Shown here: piece by piece, positions 46,935 to 56,994 of the stretch
Numbering within the stretch: the first letter of the stretch is position 1
Layout: the number at the start of each line of letters is the position of its first letter
NCBI GenBank assembly: GCA_900540845.1
Contig: UQHS01000001.1
Span: forward strand, 51,508 to 115,507
Direction: 5' to 3'
DNA length: 64,000 nt
Origin: an uncultured Collinsella sp.
GTDB lineage: Bacteria > Actinomycetota > Coriobacteriia > Coriobacteriales > Coriobacteriaceae
Notes under the pieces: generated by a model
What the model saw: only the letters and a program-made list of their open reading frames with translations
Databases searched by the model: none
Told to the model about the DNA's origin: nothing
Program-made: the position numbers and the translations under genes

Positions 46935-47690
46935 TTAGCAGGTGAAGCCGCGTGCCCGGAACGAGCAGGCGGCTTTTTGACGGCACAGGTCGCACCGCGC
47001 GGGCGCGTCGGCGGATCGAGGCGCGCCCTCAAAGACGCCGATCATGGCGGTGACGGACTTGCTGGGCAGCATGAGCCCGGACGGGGTGAGCGTGAGGCCA
47101 AGGCGACGTCCGGTATCGAGGGCGGCGAGGATGCCTCCCTGCGCAGCGAGGGGGCAATCGCCGTACCCGCATGAGAAACGCCAGTTGCAGGAGAGCCCGG
47201 AGAATTTGGCGAGCTTGCGAATATGGCGCTCCATGCGCTCCACGGCCGCTTCTATCGCGGCGGACGAGGCGGCGTCGAACACCGTCGCCTCCAAGGGATT
47301 GCCAATGCTCCGCGCCCGCAGCTGCCGCTCGTGCTCAAGGCCCAGCGTGCAGGCGAGCACCGCGCACCAGCGCGCATCCTTGAGGTGCCGGTATATGTCG
47401 CGTCCCTCGAGCTCGATCGAAGTGCCCGTCAGGCGAATGCGGGGCTCGCCGCCGTCCATGAGAGCCTGCGCATTCACGGTGGCCATCATCCAGATGCCCC
47501 GGGGCCGCGCCGTCCGCTCCACCTCGTCGATCACCGCTTCGATGCGGGCCATGAGGTCGGCATCGATCGCCTGGCCGCTGTGACCCAGGTACCGCAGGAC
47601 CTCGGAGCGGTCGCACGCGAGGCGCTCCTCCTTGGGAAGAGAGAACGGATGGGGCTCCAAGAGCGCGGTGGGCAATGCTGTGGCACTCAT
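46935..47690 (-). CDS. stand-alone methionine synthase activation (reactivation) domain protein
   Basis: About 250 aa from MSATALPTALLEPHPFSLPKEERLACDRSEVLRYLGH... resembling the MetH C-terminal AdoMet-binding domain; the ATG overlaps the metF stop (ATGA); the ORF-track N-terminal 71 aa is an extension. Confidence 0.65.
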   Translation of the reverse strand: MSATALPTALLEPHPFSLPKEERLACDRSEVLRYLGHSGQAIDADLMARIEAVIDEVERTARPRGIWMMATVNAQALMDGGEPRIRLTGTSIELEGRDIYRHLKDARWCAVLACTLGLEHERQLRARSIGNPLEATVFDAASSAAIEAAVERMERHIRKLAKFSGLSCNWRFSCGYGDCPLAAQGGILAALDTGRRLGLTLTPSGLMLPSKSVTAMIGVFEGAPRSADAPARCDLCRQKAACSFRARGFTC

Positions 47691-48574
47691 CGGTCGGCCG
47701 AGCCCCGGCGCAGGGCGCTCATCGCCGCGCTCGCCACATCCGCACGGTTCATGGTGTAGACGTGCAGGCCGTCGACGCCGTGCGCCGCAAGGTCCTCGAG
47801 TTGGCGGCAGGCGTACTCGATGCCCGCCGCGCGCAGGCTCTCGGCATCGTCCTCGTAGCGGGCGAGTAGCTTGATCACGGCCGAGGGCAGCGACGCCCCG
47901 CACATGAACACCATGCGGCTGATCTGCTGCTTGCCCATAAAAGGCATGATGCCGGCGGTGATGGGCGCGGTGATGCCCGCTCGCTCGGCGCGCTCTTGAA
48001 ACCGATAGAAGAGGTCGTTGTCAAAGAAGAGCTGGGTAACGAGGAAGCTCGCTCCGCAGTCCTGCTTGAGCTTGAGGTGGGCTATCGAGCGGTCGAGGTC
48101 GTCGCACTCGATGTGGCCCTCGGGATACGCCGCGGCACCGACGCAAAAGCCCGCCTCGACGAGGGCGGGGATGATGTCCATCGCGTAGCGATAGTCGGCG
48201 CATCCCGGCCCGGTAGGCGCGTCGGCTGGCACGTCGCCGCGCAACGCGAGCACGTTTTCGATGCCCGCGGAGTGGAGCTCGGCGATCTTGCTGGGCAGGT
48301 CCTCACGGTGCAGCGAGATGCAGGTCTGGTGTGCGCATGACGTGATGCCCAGCTCGCGCGTCAGCATGGAGGCGATCTGCGTGGTGGCGGCGTTGTTGGT
48401 AGAGCCGCCAGCGGAGTAGGTGACACTCACAAAGCTGGGCGAGAGCTCGGCGAAGCGCTCGCCCACCTCACGGGCGCGCTCGAGCGTGAGCTCGCCTTTG
48501 GGCGGGAACATCTCGAATGAGACGGGCGTGGTGCCTTGGGACGCGGCGCTGGCGAACAGCTCATCGATCCTCAT
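47687..48574 (-). CDS. metF: 5,10-methylenetetrahydrofolate reductase
   Basis: MRIDELFAS...VSFEMFPPKG...SVTYSAGGST... is a canonical MetF; RBS AGGAG. Confidence 0.85.
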   Translation of the reverse strand: MRIDELFASAASQGTTPVSFEMFPPKGELTLERAREVGERFAELSPSFVSVTYSAGGSTNNAATTQIASMLTRELGITSCAHQTCISLHREDLPSKIAELHSAGIENVLALRGDVPADAPTGPGCADYRYAMDIIPALVEAGFCVGAAAYPEGHIECDDLDRSIAHLKLKQDCGASFLVTQLFFDNDLFYRFQERAERAGITAPITAGIMPFMGKQQISRMVFMCGASLPSAVIKLLARYEDDAESLRAAGIEYACRQLEDLAAHGVDGLHVYTMNRADVASAAMSALRRGSADR

Positions 48575-48732
48575 GCGTGCTCCTGGTGCGTCAAAAGGTG
48601 GCAAATAGCGCTATGGTACGCCGTCCGGCCCGTTGGAGCGCACGTGCCGGGGTGGGTTGTAACACACTTGTTATATGGGTTGGGGTCGAGCGCCGGGCCG
48701 CGTGGCCACAATCTGTCATTGCCGTGCGGACC

Positions 48733-50308
48733 GGCGTTTTTCGGCTCTTCGGTGGTTTCTGTGGGAGAGATTCCGGCATAGGCCCAGCTCAGCGGGCGAA
48801 AACAACGATCTGGAACTGAAACGGCCCCGGGAGGGGCCGTTTCCGCGTCATCCGCCTATGATTGCTAAGCCAAATTCAGACAACCGAAGAGGTGTGACGC
48901 ATGAAGAGTCTACTACTTCTCGCCCTCGGTCTGGCCCGCACGGTCGTCCTGGGCGCGCGCATCGAGGCCGAGCGCATCGTCGTGAGCGTCCGGCCCTACA
49001 AGCGCGAGCAGCGCCGCTGCCCCGTATGCGGCAGGGCCTGCGACTTCTACGACATGGCGAACCGCGGGGCCCCCAGGCTGTGGAGGGCGATGGACCTGGC
49101 GCGCTCGGCCTGCTACCTGGAGTACGCGCCCTGCAGGGTGCGCTGCCCGGAGCACGGCGTGCGCACCGAGGCCGTCCCCTGGGCGCGGCACGGGGCGCGC
49201 TTCACGCGCGACTTCGAGGACTGGGTGGCGTGGCTGGCGGTCCGCTGCACCGCCTCGGCGGTCTCCGGGCTCGCCCGCGTCGAGTGGCACAGCGTGGGCG
49301 GCGTGTGCAGGCGCGTCTACGCCGAGCTGGAGGCCGCGCGCGGCGCCTCGAGGTTCGACGGCGTGCGCCGCATCGGCATCGACGAGACGTCGTACAAGAA
49401 GGGCCACAAGTACGTCACGGTGGTCGTCGACCACGACCGCGGCTGCCTCATCTGGGCGCACGAGGGCACCGGCAAGGACGTGCTCAACCTGTTCCTCGAC
49501 GAGCTCACGCGCGAGCAGAGGCGCGCCATAGAGGTGGTGACCGCCGACGGCGCGAGGTGGATAAGGCAGCTGGTCAAGCGCCGCTGCCCCAACGCGAGGT
49601 GGGTCATGGACCCCTTCCACGTGGTCCAGTGGATGAACGACGCGCTCGACGCCGTGCGCTGCGAGGAGTGGAACGCCGCCAGGGCCGCCGCCAGGGCCGC
49701 CAGGCCCAGGCCCGAGGGCAAGCGCGGCAGGCCTGCCAAAGGCGAGCTGCCGCCCGAGGAGGTCAGGGCGCTCGAGGAGGAGGCGGCCTCCATCAAGGGC
49801 AGCCGCTACGCGCTCGTGAAGAACCCCGAGGACCTCACCGACGGCCAGAGGGCGAGGCTCGAGGCGCTCAAGAAGAGGGCCGGCTCGCGGCTGGTCAGGG
49901 CCTGGGAGCTCAAGGAGGACCTGCGGGCCGTCTTCCGGGCAGCCGACGGCTCCGAGGCCGCCGAGCTGCTCGACGACTGGATGCACAGGGCCGCCTACTG
50001 CAAGATCGCCAAGGTCGTCGCCGTGGAGAAGAAGGTGCGCCGCCGGCGCGACGACATCATCGCCGCAGTCGAGCTCGGCATCAGCAACGGGCGCGTAGAG
50101 GCCATCAACAACAAGATCAAGGTGACGGTGAGGATGGGCTACGGCTTCCGCAACACCGACAACCTCGTGGCCCTGCTCATGCTCAGGTGCGGCGACTGCC
50201 AGCCCCAGCTCCCGGGTCGCCCGGTGAAGGCGAGGAAGAAGGGCGTGAAGGGAGCGAAGAGCGTTGCTGCCTAGGCTAGCCCCTTGTCACACAAACTACC
50301 GAAGCCTC
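48733..50308 (+). mobile_element. ISL3-family insertion sequence with imperfect 21-bp terminal inverted repeats and 8-bp target-site duplication CGTTTTTC
   Basis: IRL GGCTCTTCGGTGGTTTCTGTG (48733-) versus the reverse complement of the right end, GAGGCTTCGGTAGTTTGTGTG (-50308), 16/21 identical; CGTTTTTC at 48725-48732 and again at 50309-50316; element GC content visibly higher than the flanks. Confidence 0.75.
48901..50274 (+). CDS. ISL3-family transposase
   Basis: N-terminal zinc finger CPVCG, DDE region GIDETSYKKGHKYVTVVVD..., C-terminal ...GYGFRNTDNLVALLMLRCG typical of ISL3 transposases; 457 aa. Confidence 0.85.
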   Translation: MKSLLLLALGLARTVVLGARIEAERIVVSVRPYKREQRRCPVCGRACDFYDMANRGAPRLWRAMDLARSACYLEYAPCRVRCPEHGVRTEAVPWARHGARFTRDFEDWVAWLAVRCTASAVSGLARVEWHSVGGVCRRVYAELEAARGASRFDGVRRIGIDETSYKKGHKYVTVVVDHDRGCLIWAHEGTGKDVLNLFLDELTREQRRAIEVVTADGARWIRQLVKRRCPNARWVMDPFHVVQWMNDALDAVRCEEWNAARAAARAARPRPEGKRGRPAKGELPPEEVRALEEEAASIKGSRYALVKNPEDLTDGQRARLEALKKRAGSRLVRAWELKEDLRAVFRAADGSEAAELLDDWMHRAAYCKIAKVVAVEKKVRRRRDDIIAAVELGISNGRVEAINNKIKVTVRMGYGFRNTDNLVALLMLRCGDCQPQLPGRPVKARKKGVKGAKSVAA

Positions 50309-50416
50309 CGTTTTTCTCAGTTGGGCGCACCGGGGTGAAGGCACCGCTGTACAGCGGGATCTCCACCCCGGGCATCGTATCCAACGAGCGCGCGCCTGGC
50401 AGGTCGCTTCATGGAG

Positions 50417-51925
50417 CTACAGTTTCAAAGTGCGGGCTACCTCCTGGGCACAGGCGAGGGCGTCGGCGATGGCGCTCACCACAAGGGACGAGCCACTGCG
50501 GGCGTCCCCGCAGACAAAGACCGCGCAAGAGGACGCATCGTCCCCCGTCTCCGCGTTGTTGCCGAGCACGCAGCGATGGCCTTGCGGTTCGCGCACGATC
50601 GGAAGGGGTCGGCTGTCCGCGGTTTGGGATAGGTGCGCGCCAAAGGAGCTGAAGACCTCGGGTTCGGGTCCGGTAAAACCGCAGGCAATGAGCACGAGCT
50701 GCGCCGGGATCTCATGTTCGGACCCCTTGATCCTGCGTGGCGATCCGTCGCTCCAGTCGAGGCCGGCAACGAGTAGCCCACGCGCGGCCCCCTGCTCGTT
50801 TCTCAGGACCTCGAGGGTATCCACGGCCCAAGAGCGCATCTCGCCGCCCGAGAGCGCGATGGCTTCTTGCTGGCCGTAGTCGGTCTTTTTGACATGGGGC
50901 CATTGCGGCCAGCCGTTCTGCGGCAGAGGCTGCTCGGGTGGCTCGGGCAGGAACTCTAGCTGCCGCACCGAGCGCGCGCCCTGGCGCACGGCCGTGCCCA
51001 CACAGTCGTTGCCGGTGTCTCCGCCGCCGATGACAACGACGTCGAGCCCGCGCGCCGAGATGGCGCTTGCGCCCGAATCGCCCTCGAGCACCGCGCGCGT
51101 GGCGGCGCTCAGGTAATCCACCGCGTAGACGACGCCCTTGGCATCGGCGTTTCGTGCCGCAAGCGCGCGGGGCGCCCTTGCACCGGTGGCGATCACCACG
51201 GCGTCGAAGGTCTCAAGCAGGTCGAGGGCGACCTCCTGCTGCGCGGCGTCGACGCCCAGGCGAAACTCGATGCCCAGCGATTCCATGAACTCGACGCGAC
51301 GGCTGACGATCGACTTGTCGAGTTTCATGTTGGGGATGCCATACATGAGCAGCCCTCCTGCGCGGTCGTCGCGCTCGACGACCGTGACGCGCGCCCCGCG
51401 CCTCGCAAGGTCCCATCCGCTCGCAAGGCCGGCGGGCCCCGACCCGATCACCGCCACGCGCGGAGCGTTCCTGCCAGGCTGCGGGAACCGGGCGGGTCCC
51501 CCGTGCTCCCATTCCCAATCGGAGAGTGCGCGCTCGTTATCGTGAATCGTTACGGGCTGCCCGTCGACGGTTCCGAGGTTGCATGCCGCCTCGCAGAGCG
51601 CCGGACACACGCGGCTCGTGAACTCGGGCAAGGGGGAAGTGATCGAGAGGCGCTCGACTGCCGCCTCCATGCGCCCGCGGTGGATGAGTTCGTTCCACTC
51701 GGGAATGAGGTTGTGGAGCGGGCAGCCGCTTGTGCGGGCGTGCCCAAACGAGGTGCCCGATTGGCAAAACGCCACGCCGCACATCATGCAGCGGCTCGCC
51801 TGGGCACGTCTGGTCGCCGTATTCGGCTCGATATAGAGCGGGTCGAAATCCTGCACGCGCTGGTCGACGGGACGCAGGGCGTGCGCCACCCTGTCCGTGG
51901 TGAGAAAAGCTCCCGGTTTACCCAT
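50417..51925 (-). CDS. gltD: glutamate synthase small subunit (NADPH-dependent)
   Basis: N-terminal Fe-S region (CMMCGVAFCQSG...CPLHNLIPEW), FAD/NAD Rossmann VAVIGSGPAGLA... Confidence 0.85.
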   Translation of the reverse strand: MGKPGAFLTTDRVAHALRPVDQRVQDFDPLYIEPNTATRRAQASRCMMCGVAFCQSGTSFGHARTSGCPLHNLIPEWNELIHRGRMEAAVERLSITSPLPEFTSRVCPALCEAACNLGTVDGQPVTIHDNERALSDWEWEHGGPARFPQPGRNAPRVAVIGSGPAGLASGWDLARRGARVTVVERDDRAGGLLMYGIPNMKLDKSIVSRRVEFMESLGIEFRLGVDAAQQEVALDLLETFDAVVIATGARAPRALAARNADAKGVVYAVDYLSAATRAVLEGDSGASAISARGLDVVVIGGGDTGNDCVGTAVRQGARSVRQLEFLPEPPEQPLPQNGWPQWPHVKKTDYGQQEAIALSGGEMRSWAVDTLEVLRNEQGAARGLLVAGLDWSDGSPRRIKGSEHEIPAQLVLIACGFTGPEPEVFSSFGAHLSQTADSRPLPIVREPQGHRCVLGNNAETGDDASSCAVFVCGDARSGSSLVVSAIADALACAQEVARTLKL

Positions 51926-51927
51926 GG

Positions 51928-54900
51928 CTAAGCCTCCTTGGTGGCGTTGTGCTTACAAGTGGTGGGCGTGAGCGCCCGGCGCCGCGGCGCGGTGATGATC
52001 TCGAACGCGCGCTCGAGGGCGGCTTCGTGGGAGAGTCCCGAGCGCTCTTCTTGGGCGACGATGTGGAGTACACGCTGGTACTCCACGGGGATCACCTTGA
52101 CAAAGGAGTGCTCGATGTCGGGGAAGCGATACAGCAGGCGTATGCCACGGGGGCTCGCCGTGCGACGGACGTGCTCCTCGATCAGCGCGTGGATGAGGGC
52201 GATCTCCTCGGTATCGGGGCGATTGAGTTCAACCGTCTCGGTGTTGACGCGCTCGGCGAGCGTGCCGTACTCGTCGTAGACGTAGGCGACGCCTCCTGTC
52301 ATGCCGGCTCCAAAGTTATGGCCCACCTCACCGAGGATGAGCGCCACGCCTCCCGTCATGTACTCGCAGCCGTGCGCCCCCACGCCCTCGACGACCACGG
52401 TGGCGCCGGAATTTCTGACTGCGAAGCGCTGGCCAGCCAATCCGTTGACAAATCCGCGCCCGCTCGTTGCTCCCATAAAGGCGACGTTGCCCACAATGAC
52501 ATTCTCGTCGAACTTGAAGGTCGCGCCTTCCGGCGGGGCAACGGAGAGGATGCCGCCGGAGAGTCCCTTGCCAAAATAGTCGTTCGCATCGCCGCGGACG
52601 GCAAGCGTCACGCCGGCGGGGATGAAAGCGCCAAAGCTCTGGCCGGCAGACCCCGTGCAGTTGACGGTGATGGAGCCTTCGGGAAGTCCGTTTGGATGTG
52701 CGCTGGTGACCGTGTGGCCGAGCATGGTGCCAGTGCAGCGGTTAACGTTGGCGATGTCGACGTTCAGCTCCACGGGAAGCATATGGGATCGCGCATCGGC
52801 GGTAAAGGGGATGAGAAGCGTCGCGTCGAGGGTCTCGTCAAGATGCGATGCGGCCGCCATGTGCGGAAGGTAATGGCCGCAGTCGGCGCCGGGGATGTGC
52901 GCCCCGAACTCGCATTGAGCGGGCGCGAGGACGGGCGCGAGGTCCAGAAGGTTCGACTTCCAGTTGCCGGCGTCCGGAATCTGTCGCAGGCACTCGACGT
53001 GCCCGACCATATCCTCAACGGTGGCGAAGCCCAGGCGCGCCATGACCTGACGGAGTTGTTCGGCGACGAACAGCATGAACCGCTCGACGTGTTCGGGCCT
53101 GCCGGTAAAACCGTGGCGCAACCGGCAGTTTTGCGTCGCGATGCCCGCCGGGCAGGTGTCCTGCTGGCAATCGCGCTGCATCAGGCAGCCCATGGCGATG
53201 AGCGGCATGGTGGCGAACCCGAACTCCTCCGCGCCGAGCAGGCATGCCACCGCCACATCGGTGCCGTCCATGAGCTTGCCATCGGCCTCGAGCACAACGC
53301 GAGAGCGCAGGCCGTTTTGCACGAGCGTCTGCTGCGTCTCGGCGAGGCCGAGCTCGAGGGGCAGACCGGCGTGCCAGATCGAGTCGCGTGGGGCCGCGCC
53401 CGACCCACCGTTGTGACCCGAGATCAAGATCTTGTCGGCACCTCCCTTGGCGACACCGGTGGCGATGGTTCCCACCCCGGTCTCGCTCACGAGTTTGACG
53501 CTCACGCGCGCCTGGGGGTTTGTGCATTTGAGATCGAAGATGAGCTCGGCCAGGTCCTCGATGGAGTAGATGTCGTGATGCGGGGGAGGCGAGATGAGGC
53601 TGATGCCGGGCGTGGATTGGCGCACCTCGGCGATCCAGGGATATACCTTCCTGCCGGGCAGGTGTCCGCCCTCACCGGGCTTCGCGCCCTGGGCCATCTT
53701 GATCTGGATCTCCGTTGCGGAGGCGAGGTACCGGCTCGTCACGCCAAAGCGGCCCGAAGCCACCTGCTTGATGGCAGAGTTGGCTGAATCACCGTTGGCG
53801 AGCGGCGTCTCGCGCCGCGGGTCCTCTCCGCCCTCGCCCGAATTCGACCGTCCATGCAGGCGGTTCATCGCGATGGCGAGACATTTGTGAGCCTCTCGGC
53901 TGATGGAGCCGTAGCTCATGGCGCCCGTGTTGAAGCGCGTCACGATGGAGCGAGCACTCTCGACGGCATCGAGCGGCAGCGGTGCGCGCCCCGCCGCATC
54001 GAAGTCGAGCAAGTCGCGCAGACGCACGACGCGTCCCGGTTTGTGCAGGCGCGCGCTGTACGCCTCGAACGCCGAGGCGTCGTCGAGACGCACCGCGCTT
54101 TGCAGCAAAAAGATGGTCTGGGGGTCGATGAGGTGGTCCTCGCCGTCCAGGGGGCGCCAGTTGGTGAGGCCGAGCGTGGGGAGCTGGGAGGGGGCGGGCG
54201 ACCTGTTCAGCGCGAGTGCCGCGTCGTAGCGTTTGTCAAGATCGCGTTGGACGTCGCCGATCCCCAGGCCGCCCACGCGGCTCACGGTGCCGGCGAAGCA
54301 CCGGTCGATGAGCTCGGGTGCCAGACCGACCGCCTCGAAAATCTGGGCGGAATGGTAGCTTTGCATGGTGGAGATACCCATCTTGGACATGATGGACACG
54401 ATGCCCGCGGTAGCGGCGCGGTTGTACCGTCCAATGCCCTCGGGGGCACTTAACTCGACTCCATCTGCCGTCACGAGGTCGTGTTGGGCGGCAAGGGCGG
54501 CAATGTGGGCATGGGCGCCGTAGGGCCAGATGCCGCTCGCCGAGTAACTCACCAGTGCTGCGAAATCATGGGCGGAAAGCGCGTCGCCGGTTTCAACGAT
54601 CAGGTCCGCGAACGTGCGAAGCCCTTCCCGCATCAGATGATTGTGGACCGCTCCCACGGCGAGCAGGGAGGGAATGGGGACCTCTCCCGACCCGGCGCGG
54701 TCGGAGAGCGCCACGATGTTCGCCCCCGCGCGAACCGCCGCCTCAACCTCGTTGCAAAGGGAGGTGAGGGCCTGGTCGAGCGCATCGGCACCGGCGTCGC
54801 GTCGATAGGCGGCGCGGAATGCGCGCGCGTGGAACCCCGTGCGATCGATTGAGATGATGGCGCGGTGCTGCTCCTCCGTGAGCAGCGGGGAGTCGAGGCG

Positions 54901-56631
54901 GAGAAGCTGGCAGGCGTTGCGGCTATCTTCGAGCAAGTTGCCGTGATTGCCCAGATACAGCACGGTCGAGGTCACCACTCGCTCTCGCAGGGCGTCGATG
55001 GGTGGATTCGTTACCTGGGCGAACAGCTGGTAGAAGTAGTCAAAGAACGAGCGGGTCTTGGTGGAGAGGCAGGCGAGCGGCGCGTCGATGCCCATGGAGG
55101 CGAGAGGCACCTTGCCCGCGATCGCCATGGGGCGCACCACCTCGTCGATGTCGTCCCAATGGTGACCCAGTTTGGCGGCGTCCACGGCCGTCAGCCCACA
55201 CGCCTCCTCGCGCGGCCCGTCGGCCACCAGCTCGCTGTGCTCAGGCGTGATGTCGTCGAGCGTGAGCATTTCCTCGGCGATCCAGTCGCGGAACGGCTTG
55301 AGCTTCGCCATGCTTCCGCGAAGCTCGTCGTTATACACCACGCGTGCCTTCGAAAAATCCACCTCGATCATCTCTCCCGGACCGAGCAGGCCCGCGGTGA
55401 GTACGTTTTCTGGATCAATCTCGATGGTGCCGACCTCCGAGGAGAGCAGGAAGCGATCGTCTCGGGTCACGTAGTAGCGTGCGGGGCGCAAACCGTTGCG
55501 GTCGAGGGCGGCGCCGAGAGTCCGTCCATCGGTGAACGCGATGGCGGCGGGGCCGTCCCAAGGCTCCATGAGCATGGACTGGTATGCATCATAGGCGCGC
55601 CGCTCGGGCGAGAGCGTCTTGTTATGATCCCAGGGCTCGGGTATGAGCATGGACACCGCGCGGGTGAGGGGCCTGCCGTTCATAACCAGGAATTCAAGGA
55701 CGTTGTCGAGGATGGCAGAGTCGGATCCCTCTCGATTGATGATGGGCAAAACGCGGTCGAGATCATGTTGGAGCACGGGAGAGTACAGGTTTGGTTCGCG
55801 CGCGCGAATCCAGTTGACGTTGCCCTTCAGGGTGTTGATCTCGCCATTGTGAACGATGAAGCGATTGGGGTGGGCTCGTTCCCAGCTGGGCGTGGTGTTG
55901 GTCGAGTAACGAGAGTGGACGAGCGCGACGGCGGTTTTGACGGCGGCGTCGTTGAGGTCGGAGTAGAAGCGCCGCATTTGGGTGGCGACGAGCATGCCCT
56001 TGTACACGATGGTCCGTGCGCTCATGGAGCAGATGTAGAAGATTTTCCCATTGAGTGCGGGATCGGCATCCGCGCGTTTTTCGATTTCGCGCCGGCACAC
56101 GTAGAGTGCCCGCTCAAAGTCGTCGCCGCGCGGAATCGATTGGGGACGGCCCAAAAACGCCTGCATGATGGTCGGCATGCAGGCCCGTGCAGTCGAGCCG
56201 AGGTCGTGCGGATCAACGGGGACGGAGCGCCAAAAGAGCAGTGGGATGCCGCATGCGGCGCAGCCCTCCTCGACGATGCGTCGTGCGTCCGCTACACCGC
56301 GCTCGTCTCGCGGCAGGAAGAGCATCGCCACGCCGTAATCGCCCTCAACGGGCAAAAGGTGGCCGCATCTCTGCGCCTCCTTGCGAAAGAATCGGTGGGG
56401 AACCTGAAAAAGGATGCCGGCACCGTCTCCGGTGTTGCGCTCGAGGCCAACGCCGCCTCGGTGCTCAAGGTTGACGAGGACGGAGAGAGCGTCATCGAGA
56501 ATCTGATGGCTGCGCTCCCCCTTGATGCTCGCCAGCGCGCCGATGCCGCAGGCGTCGTGTTCGAATTCCGGCCGATAGAGCGTCTGTCGCCCCTGAGGGT
56601 TCGTGGCGGGCGACGCGGTTGACTGTCCCAT
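51928..56631 (-). CDS. gltB: glutamate synthase large subunit
   Basis: Class II amidotransferase N-terminus ([12 protein letters not shown]), FMN-binding and GXGXG domains; about 1567 aa from MGQSTASP...; the ORF-track start at 56772 is an upstream extension. Confidence 0.9.
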   Translation of the reverse strand: MGQSTASPATNPQGRQTLYRPEFEHDACGIGALASIKGERSHQILDDALSVLVNLEHRGGVGLERNTGDGAGILFQVPHRFFRKEAQRCGHLLPVEGDYGVAMLFLPRDERGVADARRIVEEGCAACGIPLLFWRSVPVDPHDLGSTARACMPTIMQAFLGRPQSIPRGDDFERALYVCRREIEKRADADPALNGKIFYICSMSARTIVYKGMLVATQMRRFYSDLNDAAVKTAVALVHSRYSTNTTPSWERAHPNRFIVHNGEINTLKGNVNWIRAREPNLYSPVLQHDLDRVLPIINREGSDSAILDNVLEFLVMNGRPLTRAVSMLIPEPWDHNKTLSPERRAYDAYQSMLMEPWDGPAAIAFTDGRTLGAALDRNGLRPARYYVTRDDRFLLSSEVGTIEIDPENVLTAGLLGPGEMIEVDFSKARVVYNDELRGSMAKLKPFRDWIAEEMLTLDDITPEHSELVADGPREEACGLTAVDAAKLGHHWDDIDEVVRPMAIAGKVPLASMGIDAPLACLSTKTRSFFDYFYQLFAQVTNPPIDALRERVVTSTVLYLGNHGNLLEDSRNACQLLRLDSPLLTEEQHRAIISIDRTGFHARAFRAAYRRDAGADALDQALTSLCNEVEAAVRAGANIVALSDRAGSGEVPIPSLLAVGAVHNHLMREGLRTFADLIVETGDALSAHDFAALVSYSASGIWPYGAHAHIAALAAQHDLVTADGVELSAPEGIGRYNRAATAGIVSIMSKMGISTMQSYHSAQIFEAVGLAPELIDRCFAGTVSRVGGLGIGDVQRDLDKRYDAALALNRSPAPSQLPTLGLTNWRPLDGEDHLIDPQTIFLLQSAVRLDDASAFEAYSARLHKPGRVVRLRDLLDFDAAGRAPLPLDAVESARSIVTRFNTGAMSYGSISREAHKCLAIAMNRLHGRSNSGEGGEDPRRETPLANGDSANSAIKQVASGRFGVTSRYLASATEIQIKMAQGAKPGEGGHLPGRKVYPWIAEVRQSTPGISLISPPPHHDIYSIEDLAELIFDLKCTNPQARVSVKLVSETGVGTIATGVAKGGADKILISGHNGGSGAAPRDSIWHAGLPLELGLAETQQTLVQNGLRSRVVLEADGKLMDGTDVAVACLLGAEEFGFATMPLIAMGCLMQRDCQQDTCPAGIATQNCRLRHGFTGRPEHVERFMLFVAEQLRQVMARLGFATVEDMVGHVECLRQIPDAGNWKSNLLDLAPVLAPAQCEFGAHIPGADCGHYLPHMAAASHLDETLDATLLIPFTADARSHMLPVELNVDIANVNRCTGTMLGHTVTSAHPNGLPEGSITVNCTGSAGQSFGAFIPAGVTLAVRGDANDYFGKGLSGGILSVAPPEGATFKFDENVIVGNVAFMGATSGRGFVNGLAGQRFAVRNSGATVVVEGVGAHGCEYMTGGVALILGEVGHNFGAGMTGGVAYVYDEYGTLAERVNTETVELNRPDTEEIALIHALIEEHVRRTASPRGIRLLYRFPDIEHSFVKVIPVEYQRVLHIVAQEERSGLSHEAALERAFEIITAPRRRALTPTTCKHNATKEA

Positions 56632-56994
56632 TGCCGTCTCCTTTGGGTCGGGGTGCACGGGGAATCGTTCGGGCGGAATGGTACGTTCGGTTGGTTGCGC
56701 CTGGTTTGCAGACGTGTTTCCTGCAGGTTTCCAGTAGGGGAACATCTGAATACTGTCCCTCCGTATACCCATTTACCAGCGGTTATGAGAAAACTGAGAC
56801 TCTTTGCGCGCAAGCGTGATTTTTTGCCCGTGCTGCGCTGTCAACATTCTTTACGCAGGCAGAGTGCGGTACGCTACGATATGTTTCACGCCTGCAACGT
56901 GGCGGAAATTGTGCCGAAACGAATGGCGTATAGGCTGCAATCGTCCGTCAGCAACAGCGTCGCCCGCGGCGACGCGCCACGAAGGGAGTATCTG

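Noticed and set aside
48575-48732. Looked for a SAM (S-box / SAM-IV) riboswitch in the metF leader
   Set aside because: No recognisable SAM-I or SAM-IV conserved blocks in the 158 nt between metF and the IS; any original leader may have been disrupted by the insertion
48675-50279. 534-aa ORF overlapping the ISL3 transposase in another frame
   Set aside because: Arg/Gly/Ala-rich nonsense translation; the 457-aa frame carries the ISL3 zinc-finger and DDE motifs
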